In this document: positions 37,945 to 51,605 of the stretch, piece by piece
Position numbering within the stretch: the stretch's first letter is position 1
Layout of the letters: the number at the start of each line of letters is the position of its first letter
Assembly: GCF_036321535.1 (NCBI RefSeq)
Contig: NC_087437.1
Coordinates: 115,198,001-115,262,000 of the forward strand
DNA: 64,000 nucleotides
Direction: 5' to 3'
Source: Camelus dromedarius
Taxonomy: Eukaryota
Position numbers and translations under genes: made by a program
The notes under the pieces: model-generated
What the model was told of the DNA's origin: nothing
Seen by the model: only the letters and a program-made list of their open reading frames with translations
Databases searched by the model: none

Positions 37945-39530
37945 GTTTTTATTGAAGTATAGTTGATTTCCAATATTAATTTCAGGTGTACAACATAGTG
38001 ATTCAATACTTTTAATAGATTATACTCCATTTAAAGTTATTACAAACTAATGGCTATATTTTGCTGTGCTGTACAAGACATACTTTTTGCTTATTTATTT
38101 TATAATAAATAAGTAGTTTGTATCTCTAAGTACCCTACTCCTCTCTTGCCCCTCCCTTCTTTCCTCTCCCCACTGGTAAACACTAGTTTATTCCCTATTA
38201 CCTGGGTATCCATTTCTGTTTTGTTATATACATTCACTTGTTTTATTAGAAATGTTTTTCCATTGTTTTACTGGTCATTTGTATTTTTTATTTATAAATT
38301 ATCTGTTCATATCCATTGCCATTTTTCTTTTTTCTTGGTTATTGAATTATAGTCGACATACAGTACTGTTAGTTTCAGGCATACTACATAGTGACTTGAC
38401 ATTTGCATACATTATGCAATGATCACCGTAAGTCTAGTAACAATCTGTCCTCCTACAAAGTTATTACAATATTATTGACAGTATTTCTTATTCTGTATAT
38501 TACATCCTGTGGCCTATTTATTTCCTAACTGGAGATTTGTACCTCAATCCCCTTTACCTATTTTGCCTCACCCCCTCAACCACCCATTTGTTCTCTATAT
38601 CTGTGAGTCTGTTTTTATTTTGTTTGTTTTGTTTTTTAGATTCCCCATATATGGTATTTGTCTTTTTCTATCTGACTTAGTTCACTCACCATAATACCCT
38701 CTAGCTCCATCCATGTTGTTGCAAATGGCAATATTTCCTTTTTTATGTCTGAGTAATATTCCATTATACAAATATGTATACCACATCTTCTTTATCCATT
38801 CATTCATCAATGGACACATCAATTAATATGGGTTGCTTCCATATCTTGGCTGTTGCAAACAATGCTGTAATGAACATTGGCATGCATATATCTTTTCAAA
38901 TTAGTGTCTTTAGATAAATACCCCAAAGTTGAATTGCTAGATCATATGGCAGTTCTATTTTTAATTTTTTGAGGCACCTCCGTAATGTTTTTCACAGTGA
39001 CTGCACCAAATTACAATCCCACCAAAAATGTACAAGGTTTCCCTTTTCTCCACATCCTCACCAACACTTACATATTGTCTTTTTTTATGATAGCTTTTCT
39101 GACAGGTGTGAGGTGATATCTCATTGTGGATTTTTTGGGGGGGGGTGCAGTAATTAGATTTTATTTATTTATTTTAATGGAAGTACTGGGCATTGAACCT
39201 AGGACCTCATGCATGCTAGGCATGCAGTCTACCACTGATCTATACTCTCCCTTCATTGTGGTTTTGATTTGTATTTCCCTGATGATTAGTGATGTTGAAT
39301 GTCTTTTCATATGTCTGTTGGCCATCTGTATGTCTTCTCTGGAAAAATGTCTATTCAGGTCTTATGCCTATTTTTTAATTAAGTTTTTTTCTTATGTTGA
39401 GCTGTATGAGCTCTTTATATATTTTGGGTATTAACCCTTAGTAAACATATTGTTTGCAAATATCTTCTCCCATTCAGTAGGCTATTTTCTCATTTTGTTG
39501 ATAGTTTCCTTTGCTGTGCTAAAGTCCATT
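37945..39530 (-). mobile_element. Two L1 3' segments with a nested SINE at 39131-39252
   Basis: Reverse-strand L1 3'UTR/ORF2 motifs. SINE flanked by tcattgtgg repeats. Confidence 0.88.
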
Positions 39531-39622
39531 GCCATTTTACTCTGGGCTGGCATATACTTCTGGTATGTTTTTAACCCAGGTTATCATTTGCCTTTTAATT
39601 TAGTTTAAGATGATTTTCTTCC

Positions 39623-39722
39623 TTTTTTTTTTTTTTTTTTTTAGTGGAGGTACTGGGGATTGAACCCCGGACCTCGTGCATGTTAAGCATGCACTGTACC
39701 ACTGAGCTATACTCACCCTCCT
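39623..39722 (-). mobile_element. tRNA-derived SINE
   Basis: Poly-T + reverse body; flanking atgatttt repeats. Confidence 0.88.
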
Positions 39723-40454
39723 AACATGATTTTTGATGCATTATTTTTGCATTTTAATTAAATAAAATCTCAGTTTTTTTCATGACTTTTTCCATTGATG
39801 TTATGTTTAGAGAGTCCTCCCCCAACTTCTCAAACTATAAGTATTCCCTAGTACTTATAATTCTTAAATGGTTATATTTCAGATTAGACCATCATCTTGA
39901 AGGCCTCTTCTAATTCTAACATTTTATGGTTTCCTGATTTTATCTACATTGCAATTTTCAAATTCAACATACAAAAATAATAGACACCAGTGATTTTTTT
40001 AAATTGTAACCTACTACTCAGCACATTCAATAGAATTTCTGTAACCTATATGTGAGGTACGAAGTCTAGTACTAAAACGTTCATTGTGTGCCCACCCCTC
40101 AACGTAAGAACTAGAATATTGCCAGATGAGCTTGACAACTTACTGAACATGCATTCATATAAAATTCTAAAGACTTTTTTCCCTAAAAGTCACTAATCCT
40201 AATTCTGTACTTTTGCTGCTGATATTTAAAACCAGTGTCAACATGTTTATTCCTGTTAAATTGTATCCTGCCGACTGCACCCCTTGAATCTAGCCAACTG
40301 GGACCTGCCATCCTAATGATTAACTACCCTCCTAGATTTTCATCACCCATGAAAGGTTGCATTGCCCCTGGAGAAGCTTTGAAATCAAATAAAGTGATAA
40401 ACTGTTTGGTAAACACTTCATCTTGGCTATGTCTCCTGGAAATTTTACAGTGAC

Positions 40455-40585
40455 TTTTTTTTTTTTTTAAAGATGGGGGGGTAATTAGGTTTGTTTGTTT
40501 GTTTTTAACAGTGGTCCTGAGGATTGAACCCAGGACCTCGTGCATGCTAAGCATGAGCTTTACCACTGACCTATACCCTCCCCCC
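40455..40585 (-). mobile_element. tRNA-derived SINE
   Basis: Poly-T + reverse body. Confidence 0.88.
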
Positions 40586-40719
40586 CATACAATGTACATT
40601 AAAAAAAAAAAAAACAACTTTGTATTTCTTGTCTACCCCATCCCCCAGCCTCCCTATCCTCAATTTTACAGTTATTATTCCCTTGCTTTAAAAAAATAAT
40701 AATTCTTAATACAAATGGA

Positions 40720-43700
40720 TGCATCTCTATACAGTGCATTTTTTTTAGTATTATAAAATTATATTATTCAATAAGTAACTTTCTGAGGCTTGCATTTTTT
40801 CCACTCATTGCTAAGATTCACACATACAATTGTGCATAGCTGTACTTTATTCATTTTCACTGTAATATAATGTTCTATTGTATGACTAACCATAATTTGT
40901 TTAGCCATTGTGCTACTGGTGGACACTGGGTTATTTCCAGCTTGTTTGCTGACAAACAATGCTGCTCTGATCATCCTCTTGTCTTCGAGGCCCATAGGCA
41001 AGTGTTTCTCTGGGAACAGACCTAGAAGAATTACTGGATCGAATTAATGCTCAGTGTTAAAAGATAATGCTAAACTGTCTTCCAAACTAGTTATACCAAT
41101 TTACATTCCCATTACCAGTGATTTTTGTTTCAACTCAGTATCTTTTAAGCTAAATACTCTTTCTTTTTGATTTTAGATTGATAGTGATTTTCACAGCTGT
41201 CTTGGTGAATTCCAAGGTTCTTGAACACAAAACATCACATTGTGGTTCTTAGGAGACTCCTCCAGAGGCAATGAGCCAGCTAATCACAAATCCCTTATTG
41301 TCCAACATTTAAATTTAGGCCACGGCAGCTTGGATTAGACCCACAGGTCCTAGGACAATGGCAGGGTGTTATTAACCTAAAAAGTCTGCTGGAAGCACAA
41401 TGTGTGGAGTTTTCCAGTAATACGAGAGAGTCCTTTGCGTGAGCAGCTGCTTTCAGAATTTCCTGCTATTTGTAGCTCTGTGCCCTCACATCCCATGTTA
41501 CATACAACTTTCTATTTAAATCAGCCACTCTTGGCATCTTGAATTACTACTCTCACCTTAAAGGCCATAAAAACATGTACACTCCTTGATTTGGTATTCA
41601 TAATTCTAGGCATTTATCCTAAAAAAAATGGTAACAAATGAAGAAAGAAATTTTATTTGTAAAAACGTTAATAGCAACCCTGTTCATAAGAGATTTTTTT
41701 TAACTGGAAAATTGTTAATGTGGAGCAATAGGAAACACATTGTGCGCATTCTGATAAAATGTGATACGATATGTTATACCTTGTACAAGTTATAACAGAG
41801 ACTCTTTTTCTTCCCTGAACCATCTGAGATTAAGTTGCAGAAATCATGCCTCTTCACCCAGACATGCTTCAGGGTATATTTGCTAAGAACAGGAAGGCTC
41901 TCTTAGGCAAATTCCTTGCAATAATCAAATACAGAAAATTTAACATTGATCCAATGCTAATATCTGCTACTCAGTGCATATTCACATTTTGCCAGCTTTC
42001 CTAATAACATCCTTTATGCAATATTATTTTTCCCACTTCAAACTCACGCATTTCATGTAGTTGTCGTGTCTCTTTATTCCCCTTTAATCTGGAACAGTTC
42101 CTTCATCTTTGTCTTTTGTGACTTTAATATTTTTTGAGTCAGGCCCATTATTCTGCAGCCTGTCTCTCAGTTTCAGTTTGTCTATATTACCTCATAATCC
42201 AAGTCAGGTTATGCATTTTTGGCACCTGATGTCAGTTGGAAGAACGATGATGCTGACTTTGATCATATGGTTAAAGTGGTATCCACTGGATTTTCCCACT
42301 ATAAAGCTTCCTTTTTGAACTTTGTTATTAATAAATAATCTGTGGACTAATCCTTTGAGACTGTGTAATATCTTATTCCCCAACAAGCTTTTACTAGTGG
42401 GTCTTTTTCTTTTCAATTTTTTTTTTAATTAGAATTCCTTCGCAGGGAGGGGAGGTAATTTAGCTTATTTATTTATTTGTTTTTAACAGAAGTACTGGGG
42501 ATTGAACCCAGGACCTCATGCATGCTAAGCATGCACTCCACCACTGAGCTGTACCTTCCCCTTTCACCAGTGGTTTTAATATCCATCAGTGATTCCTGCC
42601 TGAATCAGCTATTGTTAGAATAGTTGCAATGAGACAACTTTTCTAACTCTTTATTGTTTCTTCAGCATTTATTAGCAGCCATATTACCATAACGAACTGA
42701 CCCTTTTACCTCTATTTGCTTATAAGTTTATTTGCTTTTTAATATCACTCTGGATTAATGGATTATTTTTTTCAATGTGAGAATTTATTACTGTCATTAC
42801 TCACTTGGATGCTCAAATTGTTCCAACTTTGGCCACTGGAAGCAGTGGCTGAGCTGGTCCCTGGATCCTCCTGACCTGTCCCCATCATTCTTTGAGAACC
42901 TTGCTTTCAGCTGGAACAACAAGCAGTTCCTGGCTCATCTGTCACTTTCCCTGCCCTCCTGAGTGAGCCACTTCTCCAAACAACTCTGGAGAATGGGATT
43001 TAGAAATTAAACTCTGAATACTAGGCTGTTGGGTGGCCCTGCTCCCAGGGCTCTTTCGGCAGACAGATCTAGGAAATAGAGTCCAACCCACAGAGCTCTT
43101 CCTTGCCTCCCCTCTCTCCACGTTTGTATCACCCTTCTCCCACAGTGAGGGTCCTCGCTCCCAACAATATCATCATAGTTACTGTACACAATCCCACTGT
43201 ACACAGAAAGTATTTTCACAATTGCTACCCCAGACCACCACCAACTAAGTGAAGTTCAAATTTCCTTTGTAGTTTTGTTTAATTGTTTACACACAAAAGG
43301 TGCATAGTCAAGAGCTCTGTTCAAAAGAAATTTGGGTTTACTTTTCTTTCTTTTGGTTAATTCACTATACACAGTTTAGTTCATTTGTTTAATTCTTTTT
43401 GTATTCAATTTTAGGTTTCTTTCCCCCATCTCTACTAACTTAAATTTTTTTTAAATGGGGGGGGTAGATTTATTAATTTATTTTTAATATAGGCTCTGGA
43501 GATTGAACCCAGGACCTTGTGCATGCTAGGCATGCCCTCTACCACTGAGCTATAGCCTCCCCACCAGAATTTTATTTTTTGAATATTAAAATACTCACAT
43601 GTTTCTAAAAGTCAAAGGTACCAAAAAACAGAAGGTATGCTTGAGTAACTGTTATTTCCTCTTAGGCTTTTACCCCATCCCTACCGACTCACTTTAAGTA

Positions 43701-44580
43701 ACCAATTTATTCGTTTCTAGTTTATTCTTCCTGATATTTTTTTTTGCAAAAATAGGAAATACTTGAATATTTTACTATTTCCCTTTGTTTTATACAAAAA
43801 AGACATAATATATGATTCTCTTGTATTTAAATTTTTTTCACTTATGAATATATCTGAGAAATCACTCCATACCAGTTCAAAGAAATCTTCCTCACTCTTT
43901 CTTACAACTGCATAGTACCCCCTTGTGTGGATGTATCAGAGTTTAACCAATTGCCAATGCATGGTCACTAAGGTTATTTCCAAAATGTTGTCATTGCAAA
44001 CTACGCTGCAATAAGGAGCCTTGTACATACATATACTTTCATATGGGTTTGAGTGTTTCTTTAGTTAAGCTCCTAGCTGTAAAATTGCTGGGTCTAGGGT
44101 AAATGCACACCAAGTTTTGTTAGATGTTGCCAAATTTCCCTCTACCGGAGTCCAACCCGCTTGCACTCCCACCAGCAATATACCAGAGTCCCTGCTTTCC
44201 CACAGCCTGTTCTGTCGCTTCGGGCTTCTTACATGATAGGTTAGAAGTGGAATCTCAGAGAAATGAGCATTTCCTTCATCAGGAGAGGAACTAAACATCT
44301 TTTCATTCATCTGTTTAAGGGTCATTTTTTGTGGCCTCGCAAATATATTTTGCAGGTTGCCCATTCCTGTTTCATGCCTTTTTTGAAATTACATTTTGGT
44401 CTTTGGTTCCCTCAGTCTTTGAGTTGTTGACATATTTGGGATATTAACCCTGTATCTGTGACATATGTAGCCAGGCTTTTACTTTATTTACGATAGGAGT
44501 CTTGGTTGGTTTGGCTACAAGGTTTTTGTTTTTCAATGTAGTCAAACGTATCAATTTTTTTTTCTCCTTGCATCTGCATA
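40720..44580 (-). mobile_element. Cluster of old L1M-type fragments with SINEs at 42417-42561 and 43445-43562
   Basis: Repeated reverse L1 motifs (ggacactgggttatttccag, ttgcactcccaccagca, gatattaaccctgtatctg). Not one continuous element. Confidence 0.65.
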
Positions 44581-44619
44581 TTGGGTTATTATAAAGTCAC
44601 CCACACCTGGGTTACAGAA

Positions 44620-45200
44620 GAGTTCGCCCACGTTTTCCGGCCGCAGGCAGGCAGGTTCTGTTCTTTGCCCCTAATACTTGCATTTGGGACACTGCGTCTG
44701 CGACGATGCCAGAAGCTGGCGGGCGGGGCTGCACAGGCGGCGTCGGGCCACGCGTGCGCACTGACGAGCGGCGGAGCCAGCCGGGGTCCCGCCGGGAGGC
44801 GCGCGAGTTCGGTGGCGCAGCGCGGTCCCGGAGCCCCTTTGCGGCCTTTCCGGAAACCCCACCTCGTCTCGCCGGCAGGCGCGGGTCCGCCGCCTTCCCC
44901 GCTGCAACCCGGCGGCCGTGACCCACAATACGGCCCTCCGTGGGGCGGCGCCCGGCCTGTCGCGTCCCACCCCGACCACGGGCCCTGACCATCGCCCCGA
45001 ATACGTCTGAGGGAAGGCCGGCCGGCTGCTCCGCGAGGGGATCGCCCACGTGTCCCCGCCGCGCGCTGCGCCCCCTCGTGGCCGCCCGGCCGCCGCGCGG
45101 GCTGGGCTGGGGCCTGGGAAAGGGCTTGCAAACGGCGAGGCCATTGCTGCTCCCGGAGGCTCCCCCGGCGCTAGACGCTGGACACACTCAGGGGACACAG
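44620..45200. promoter_or_regulatory. CpG island, probable most-upstream HLCS promoter
   Basis: CpG-rich. NRF1-like TGCGCACGCG (44751-44760), ETS-like CCGGAA motifs, and candidate minus-strand donors at 44863 and 44607. Confidence 0.7.
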
Positions 45201-45539
45201 AAAGCCCACCGATGCTTCCCTTCTAGGAGACTTCACTCCTGCAGAGTGTTTCTTGTAGATTGTTTTTTACCTTCCTTCATGCCACCTTCCAGCCTCTCAC
45301 CCCCTTACAGTCTCTCACCCCCTTACTCCAGCCTTATAAATCCTTGTATCAAGATGAGCAGCAAAGAGCCGCCCTCCGCTTGCCTTGTCTGGTCTCACTC
45401 CCCACACTCACTCCAAATATTTTTTCCAAAACAAGCAACCAATTCTCTGCCCCCACTTCGGAAGTCAGCCACAAATGTGGTACCCAGGCTCCCCACATTT
45501 CTGAAGCCCAGAAGACTACAAATTCATGGGTTCCCACCA

Positions 45540-45978
45540 CCACCTAACCCTTGGGGCTTGATAATGCCCTAGAACCCTCAGAACTCAGCAAAGAGCTTTA
45601 CTTACTGTTTCTGGTTTACAGGAACAGGCAATGAAGAGATGCACAGAAGGGGCGCGGGGGACGCAGAGACTCCACACTCTCTCCCGGGTGCCACCCAGAG
45701 AGCACCTGCCTATGAACCCCTTTGTGTAGGGTTTTTTGTGGAGGTTTCCTCAAGCAGGTCTGGGAGAAAGTTCCAAGACTTTGATCAGTTGGCTCGTCTA
45801 GCTGCCAGCCCCCAACCTAAAGCCCTTTAGGAGCACGCCAATTATCACCTTATTAGCATAAACTCAGATATGATTGAAAGAAGCTCATTATGAATAACAA
45901 AGACTCTTTTTATCACTGAGGGAATTCCAAGGATTTTAGGAGCTCGCTGCCAGGAGCTGGGGACAAAGACCAAATATA
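45540..45978. mobile_element. MER21-like LTR fragment
   Basis: ctagaac..tcagaactcagcaaagagctttacttact...attccaaggattttaggagct...ggggacaaagaccaaata. Confidence 0.6.
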
Positions 45979-45979
45979 T

Positions 45980-46109
45980 ATTTTTTTATTTTTATTTTAT
46001 TTTTTAAAATAAAAAAATTTTAATGGATGGACTGGGGTTTGAACTCAGGACCTCGCAAATGCTAAGCACTGCAATTTACCATTGAGCTATACACACACAC
46101 ACACACACC
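45980..46109 (-). mobile_element. tRNA-derived SINE with adjacent (CA)n
   Basis: Reverse body; (CA)n at ~46091-46108. Confidence 0.8.
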
Positions 46110-46129
46110 CGTATATTTTTTATTATATG

Positions 46130-46615
46130 GCACTCCCAAACCCATAGCCCCGATTAATCATGAGAAAAACGTCCGACAAATCCTAACTGTTAAGGTCATC
46201 CATAACCAGGAGAATCTGAGACCTTCAAAGCCCAAAGGACCCTAGGGAGATGGTTAAAGTAATGCAGTGTCTGGGTGCGATCCTGGGACAGAAAAGGCAC
46301 ATAGGGGAAAAAACACGAAATCTGAATAAAGTATGGAGTATAGTTAAAAATAATGTATCAATATGGGTTTATTAATTGCAACAAATATACCATACTTATG
46401 TAAGGTATTAATAATGAGAAACTGGCATATACAAATATTGAATCATTATGTTATACACCTGAAACTAATATAACATTAAACTATGCTTCAATAACAATAA
46501 TAATTATTAATAATAATAATGGGAGATTGGTTTATAGGAACTCTGCACTGTCTTGCAAATTTTTTCTAAAGCTATTCTCAAAACATAATTTATTTACAAA
46601 AATAAAAATTAAAAA
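46130..46615 (+). mobile_element. L1MC/MD-like 3' fragments
   Basis: gatcctgggacagaaaagg...aatctgaataaagtatggagt...ggaactctgcactgtcttgcaa. Confidence 0.6.
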
Positions 46616-47647
46616 GGCCTTCAATTTTCAGGAGCCACCTGCTTTAAAAGGCAGACAGAATTTGTAAACGACCACTTTGTTGTTAACTGTGTAGTCAGTG
46701 TGCTGGCAGGTGAGAAGAGACGGCTAGAAAGGGGGTCAGCAGGGGCGGGGCCGTAATGCTGTACGTGTATCAGACACAAAGGGAGTGTGAGAAAGACCCC
46801 CACCTACCACAGCTGCAAAGAAAGTGATGTGAGCTGGTCCCTCGGCACCTCCACCAGAGTGAGGAAATACAAGGGGGTCAGAGTGAGGAGAGGATGTGAG
46901 GGGAGATTTCTGTGGGGAGAACCCTGGTTTGGCTGTGAGGTTTCATCTCCATCCCCCAGGAGAAGCACAGAGAGCTTGTTATTGTGTGTCCCTGCAGCCA
47001 GGGGACCCCATGGGTGTACATCTGGCATCGCATAGGAAATCCAGAGAAGAGCTGATCTGACCAACTGCCTAGGTGGCAAAGCTAAGAGCAGGTTGCAGCC
47101 TCCCTGTAGGAGGAGTCTTTGAATCAGATGTGGGCCATGGGGGAGGGGAGGAGGAGCTGGCATTGCATTTTTGAGGGTCTGGTCCAAAAGGGCTGCCTCA
47201 GGCAGAGGGAGGAATATTGAATTTCTAGGGCTGAAGAAATGGCAAGTTAATTCCCTAAATCGAGTTGCATTTGCCAGAATGAGGAGATTTGCAGTCAAGA
47301 TGTCTCCAAGGTGGAAATCTCCAAAGAAACCCCAGAAATACTCATGACGAGAAAAGTACAGCAACACAGGACCTGAGAGCACAGGGCTGCAGACCTGTCC
47401 CATCCTCTGACACCTCCCATGCTGGATGGAGAAGAAGCCCATGGCAGGACACCAAGGAGGTCAGCAGAGAGTGGACACCTCCAGCCTCACCCCCTTCCGG
47501 CAGGCGGCCAGCTGCAACACTTGACTGTAGCTGGTTTGGAATGAAGCTTGCAGGACTGATTATGTGTCTAGAGAACTGGACATACTAGTTTCTGAATTGA
47601 GAATGAGCTTGTTGATACACTAAAAATGGGGACTAGAGGATGGCCAT

Positions 47648-48175
47648 GTCCCAGGTCCCAGGCTCGTCCCTGAGGATGTACCCCATTAAGTGAGGGTCCT
47701 TGGCTTCGTGCAGTAAAGAGTTCAAGAGCGAGCTATAGTAAAGTGAAAGTAGATTTAGTCAGAGAGATGCACACTCCATAGACAGAGTGCGAGTCATCTC
47801 TAGAAGGCAAGAGGCGGCCTCAGAGCATGGGGTCATCTAGGAAAGTGTGATCAGCCTTGAGGTGTTGGGGTGGTTGGTTTTCATGGGCTCAGTAAAGTCT
47901 TAAGCTAACTGGGAGGGTTATTCCAGCTACTTTGGGGGAGGGGCAGGGAGTCCCAGGAACTGGGCCATCACCCACTTTTTGACCTTTTATGGCTAGCCCT
48001 GAACTGTCAGAACTGCCATGGCACCTGTGGGTGTGTCATTTCCCGTGGTAATATATTACAATGAGCGTAGAATGAAGCTCAGGGTCTACTAGGAGTTGAA
48101 TCTCCCACCATCCTGGACCTAGCTGCTGTGTCGTTCCTTCAGTGGTTGTACCCTGCCCCCTTCTCTCCTGTCTCA
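47648..48175 (-). mobile_element. ERV1-like solo LTR
   Basis: Minus-strand start TGAGACAGGAG; gggtccttggcttcg...aaagagttcaagagcgag motif. Confidence 0.6.
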
Positions 48176-48237
48176 CTGTGACTTAGTGACCCTAACATTG
48201 TCTCCTCCCTAGAATAAGCAGAAAAGTTTGGGGCCCA

Positions 48238-48673
48238 TATTATGGGTTGAATTGTGTCCCTACCCCCTTCCCAAGAAAGACATGAAGTCCTAACCCCCAG
48301 TAACTTAGAATGTGACCTTATTTGGAAGTGGAGTCTTTGCAGATGTAATTAGTTACAAATGAGGTCATATTGGAATAGGGTTAGCCCCTAAGCCAGAATG
48401 ACTGGGGCCTTTACCAGGAAGTCATGTGAACCCAGAGACACACAGGGGAACACAACATGATGACGAAGGCAGAGATTGGAATGACGCTGCAAACCACCAA
48501 CGCTAGGAAGAGGCAGGGAAGGCTTCCCCTACAGGAACCCTTTTAGAGGGATCCTGGCCCAGCCAACACCTTGATTTTGAATATCTAACCACCAGAACTG
48601 TGAGATAGTAAAATTCACTTAAGCCATCCATTTTGTGGTACTTTGTTACAGAAGCCCTGGGGAATTAAAACAG
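48238..48673 (+). mobile_element. MLT1-type MaLR LTR
   Basis: tatgggttgaattgtgtccc...agaatgtgaccttatttggaa...ttgtggtactttgttacag. Confidence 0.85.
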
Positions 48674-50286
48674 CCTGTTAGGGTTTTCATCTGGAGCAGG
48701 TGAAGATATTTTTCACTGGATACATTTTAAAGAGATGGGAGAAGATAAAGTTGTGTTCATTGTGTCGCATGAATCATGCATACACTATGCCAGTTACTCC
48801 AATCAGCCGGTGGAGTAAATCTACCCAAGGAACCAAGGGAGTGGGACAGGCCCCGGCATGGAGGCCTGGGAGGTACCAAAGGAAAGGGGACCTCGCAGAG
48901 GGGTAACAAGCTCAGGCCCCTCCCCTAGGAACGTGTCCTGTGCATATGGTTTTATGTGCAAAATGGTGAGTGTACACATCAGGTTATTCACTGAGATACT
49001 CTGTAAAGACAGAAGGCTGGAAACCACTTAAGTGTCAAGGTAGGGACAGTTACATGAAAGTCAATACTCCATACACTGGATCACTGCACCTCTCCTGAAA
49101 AAAAAGAAGAAGAAAGATAAGGGAGTTCTCTGTATATTAATATAGAAGTAGAAATATCTGGAATGTAGTCATATACCTTCTGTGTAAAACACAGGGGTCT
49201 GATGAGAAAATATAATTGTACTTTTTCATATTTGCAGAAAGAACCCTGAAGCATGCACAAGAAAATTTGAAGAGTGGGGCCAGGGATGGAGTGGGTGGGA
49301 GCAGGGGTAGGCAGGGGACTTTTCATTCTGTCACTTCTTGCACTGGGTGATTTTTTTGAGCCATGGGAACACATCATCTACTAATAAAATGAAATTTAAA
49401 GTGAACGAGGAGAACGTCCAGACAACAGACGTAGTGTGAGGAGTCAGCTGGAGATGCTGAATAGCCAGTGGCTACGGAAATCCCGGACGGCTCATCTAAG
49501 AGGTTATTAGAGAGTCATCAGAGAATCATCAGAAGTTCTGAACGAGGGCATAGCACCAGGAAAAATCATCCCAAGGCAGTGTCTAGAATCCATTAGAGCG
49601 AGGACAGACCCACAGGAGGAAGGTGTGGCAGCTCTGGGTATGAAATGATGAGGGCTGGGACCAGTATGACAGTGTCCACAGGAAAGAACAAAAGAGTAAA
49701 GCAGAGGCGCCAAGTCAGCCAGATCAGGGGAGCAGGGCTTCAGAGTGCGGGGCTGAAGTCCAGAGCAGGGGCAGGGCCAGAACCAGCAATGAGAACGTCA
49801 GGAAGAACTGGGGCCAGGAATGAGGGTGTTCACCCAGGTTGCAGCCCCACCAACGGGACAATAGGCTTTCAGGTATAATCAGCTTGTATGAGGTATGATG
49901 ATCTCAAGGTCATGTCCTGTGGGACAGCCCCATCTTCACAGGCACTGGGGGCACGCCAAGCCAGTCCCTGGGGAGATCCTCTCTCTGATCACGTGCCTGA
50001 GGTTTTGCTGGCCTGAGACAGTGATGGACTGGCGCCTGTGCTAGGTGTGGGCCTGACCACCTGAGTGAGCTGACCAGCAGAGACCGCTCAGAAGTTTGCG
50101 AACCCTTTACTAAAAAGGCTACACCAGTCTCTCAAAGGTTAGAAAAAAAATTACACTTCCTGGAGCCGTAGATGTCAAGGGTTGTCCTGCTTCTTCCTCC
50201 TCATACTCTCCCTTTGTTCCTGTCTTCGCCCCATTAAAATATGTGTGCCTCAAAAAATGTTTCACTTTCAGCACTATAAGAACCCA

Positions 50287-50390
50287 GGGGCAGGGGTGGG
50301 TACAGCTCAGTGGTAGAGCACATGCTTAGCATGCATGAGGTCCTGGGTTCAATCCCCAGGACCTTCATTCAGAAACAAAACCAAACAAAA
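50287..50390 (+). mobile_element. tRNA-derived SINE
   Basis: Body keeps an Ala-AGC-like anticodon arm (catgcttagcatg); flanking aacccag repeats. Confidence 0.88.
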
Positions 50391-50654
50391 CCCAGAAGGG
50401 CAGAGGAAACAGGGAGGGTCTGAATTTCAACTTCTCAGAACAGAAGCAGAATTTTAGCTTCTGACCCGGAGCCTGGACGGTTTCATCTGCCGATGATCAG
50501 AATGAGCTCTAGGCCTTTCTGCCCCACCCACTCCCCTTCCCAATACAATTTCTCCTTCATCTGGATAAGGCCCCTGGACTGTAAAGGGAGGTCGGTTCTA
50601 ACCGGTGACTGTGGGAGCCCTGCCTTCCGTGCAGCAGGCTTGCTAAGCCCTATT

Positions 50655-51111
50655 CAAAAGAAAACCACAGGCCCCCAGATGATGTCACTGACGCTAAAAA
50701 TCCCAGGACACCAAACCTAGACTTACCACCCGATCTAACCGCAGTTTTGACCTTCCCCAGAGATGTGATCTGAATCAATCAGTTTCAAATCTTCTGGTCA
50801 GCACCAAGGAGGTCATTTGTCACGAGGGCCTTCTCTATCCCCACCCCAACCCCCACAGGGGGAGAAGAGGTGATCGCGTGATAAAACCCTTGCCTTTCCT
50901 TCCCCCCAAAAGATCCTGGCCTAAATAGAATCCTTTCTTTTCTTTTTGCTAACAGCTCCCTTGCCCCACCCTTCTTCTCATAAAAGCTTTCCTTTTGTAC
51001 AATCCCTCAGCGCGCCCCTCCGGTTGCTACACAGGAAGCTGCCTAATAAATGGATCGCCTAATGAGCCAATTCATTCTTCACAGTGACTTGGTTGAATTT
51101 TGTTTTTTAAC
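50655..51111 (+). mobile_element. ERV1-like (MER34-type) solo LTR
   Basis: TATA-like cataaaa, AATAAA at ~51045, terminus ttgaattttgttttttaac. Homologous to 53581-53970. Confidence 0.65.
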
Positions 51112-51605
51112 TCCCCAGACTCCGGAGTGAATCCACCTGGGTTCAAGTCTAAGCCCTGATTTTCTAGGTGACCTTGAAGAAAAAGGATGTAACTTCATGA
51201 TTTGGCTTCCTCACCTGCAAACTGTGAATAATATTACTCTCTTCCTTAAAGTTTGGGTGGCCTGAGCAGCTTCATACCTGGAGACCACTGTGCCAGGCAC
51301 ATATTAAATGCTCAGTAAACGTGAAAGTTACAGTTACTACACTAGTGATGATTAGTGCAGAAGGCAGGCCATTGCCTGAGCTTCTGTCATCTCACTCCTG
51401 AGATGGAGCGGAGCCAGAAATTGGCACCACAGGTCCCTTCCATCTCAGGCTCTGGGGTCTGGCTTCTCGGATATTGCTTGCCACATCTATGTCTTTTTTT
51501 CCCACACAGCTCTGCAAAGGAGCGGGCAATGTGAAACTATGAGTTTCTTTGTCCTCTAAACAGACACAGCCGGAAGAGTGAGTCTTAGAGACGGCTCTGG
51601 GGGAC

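Noticed and set aside
44940..47442. 210-aa (+, 44940-45572) and 212-aa (-, 46804-47442) ORFs
   Set aside because: No recognisable homology or supporting exon structure.
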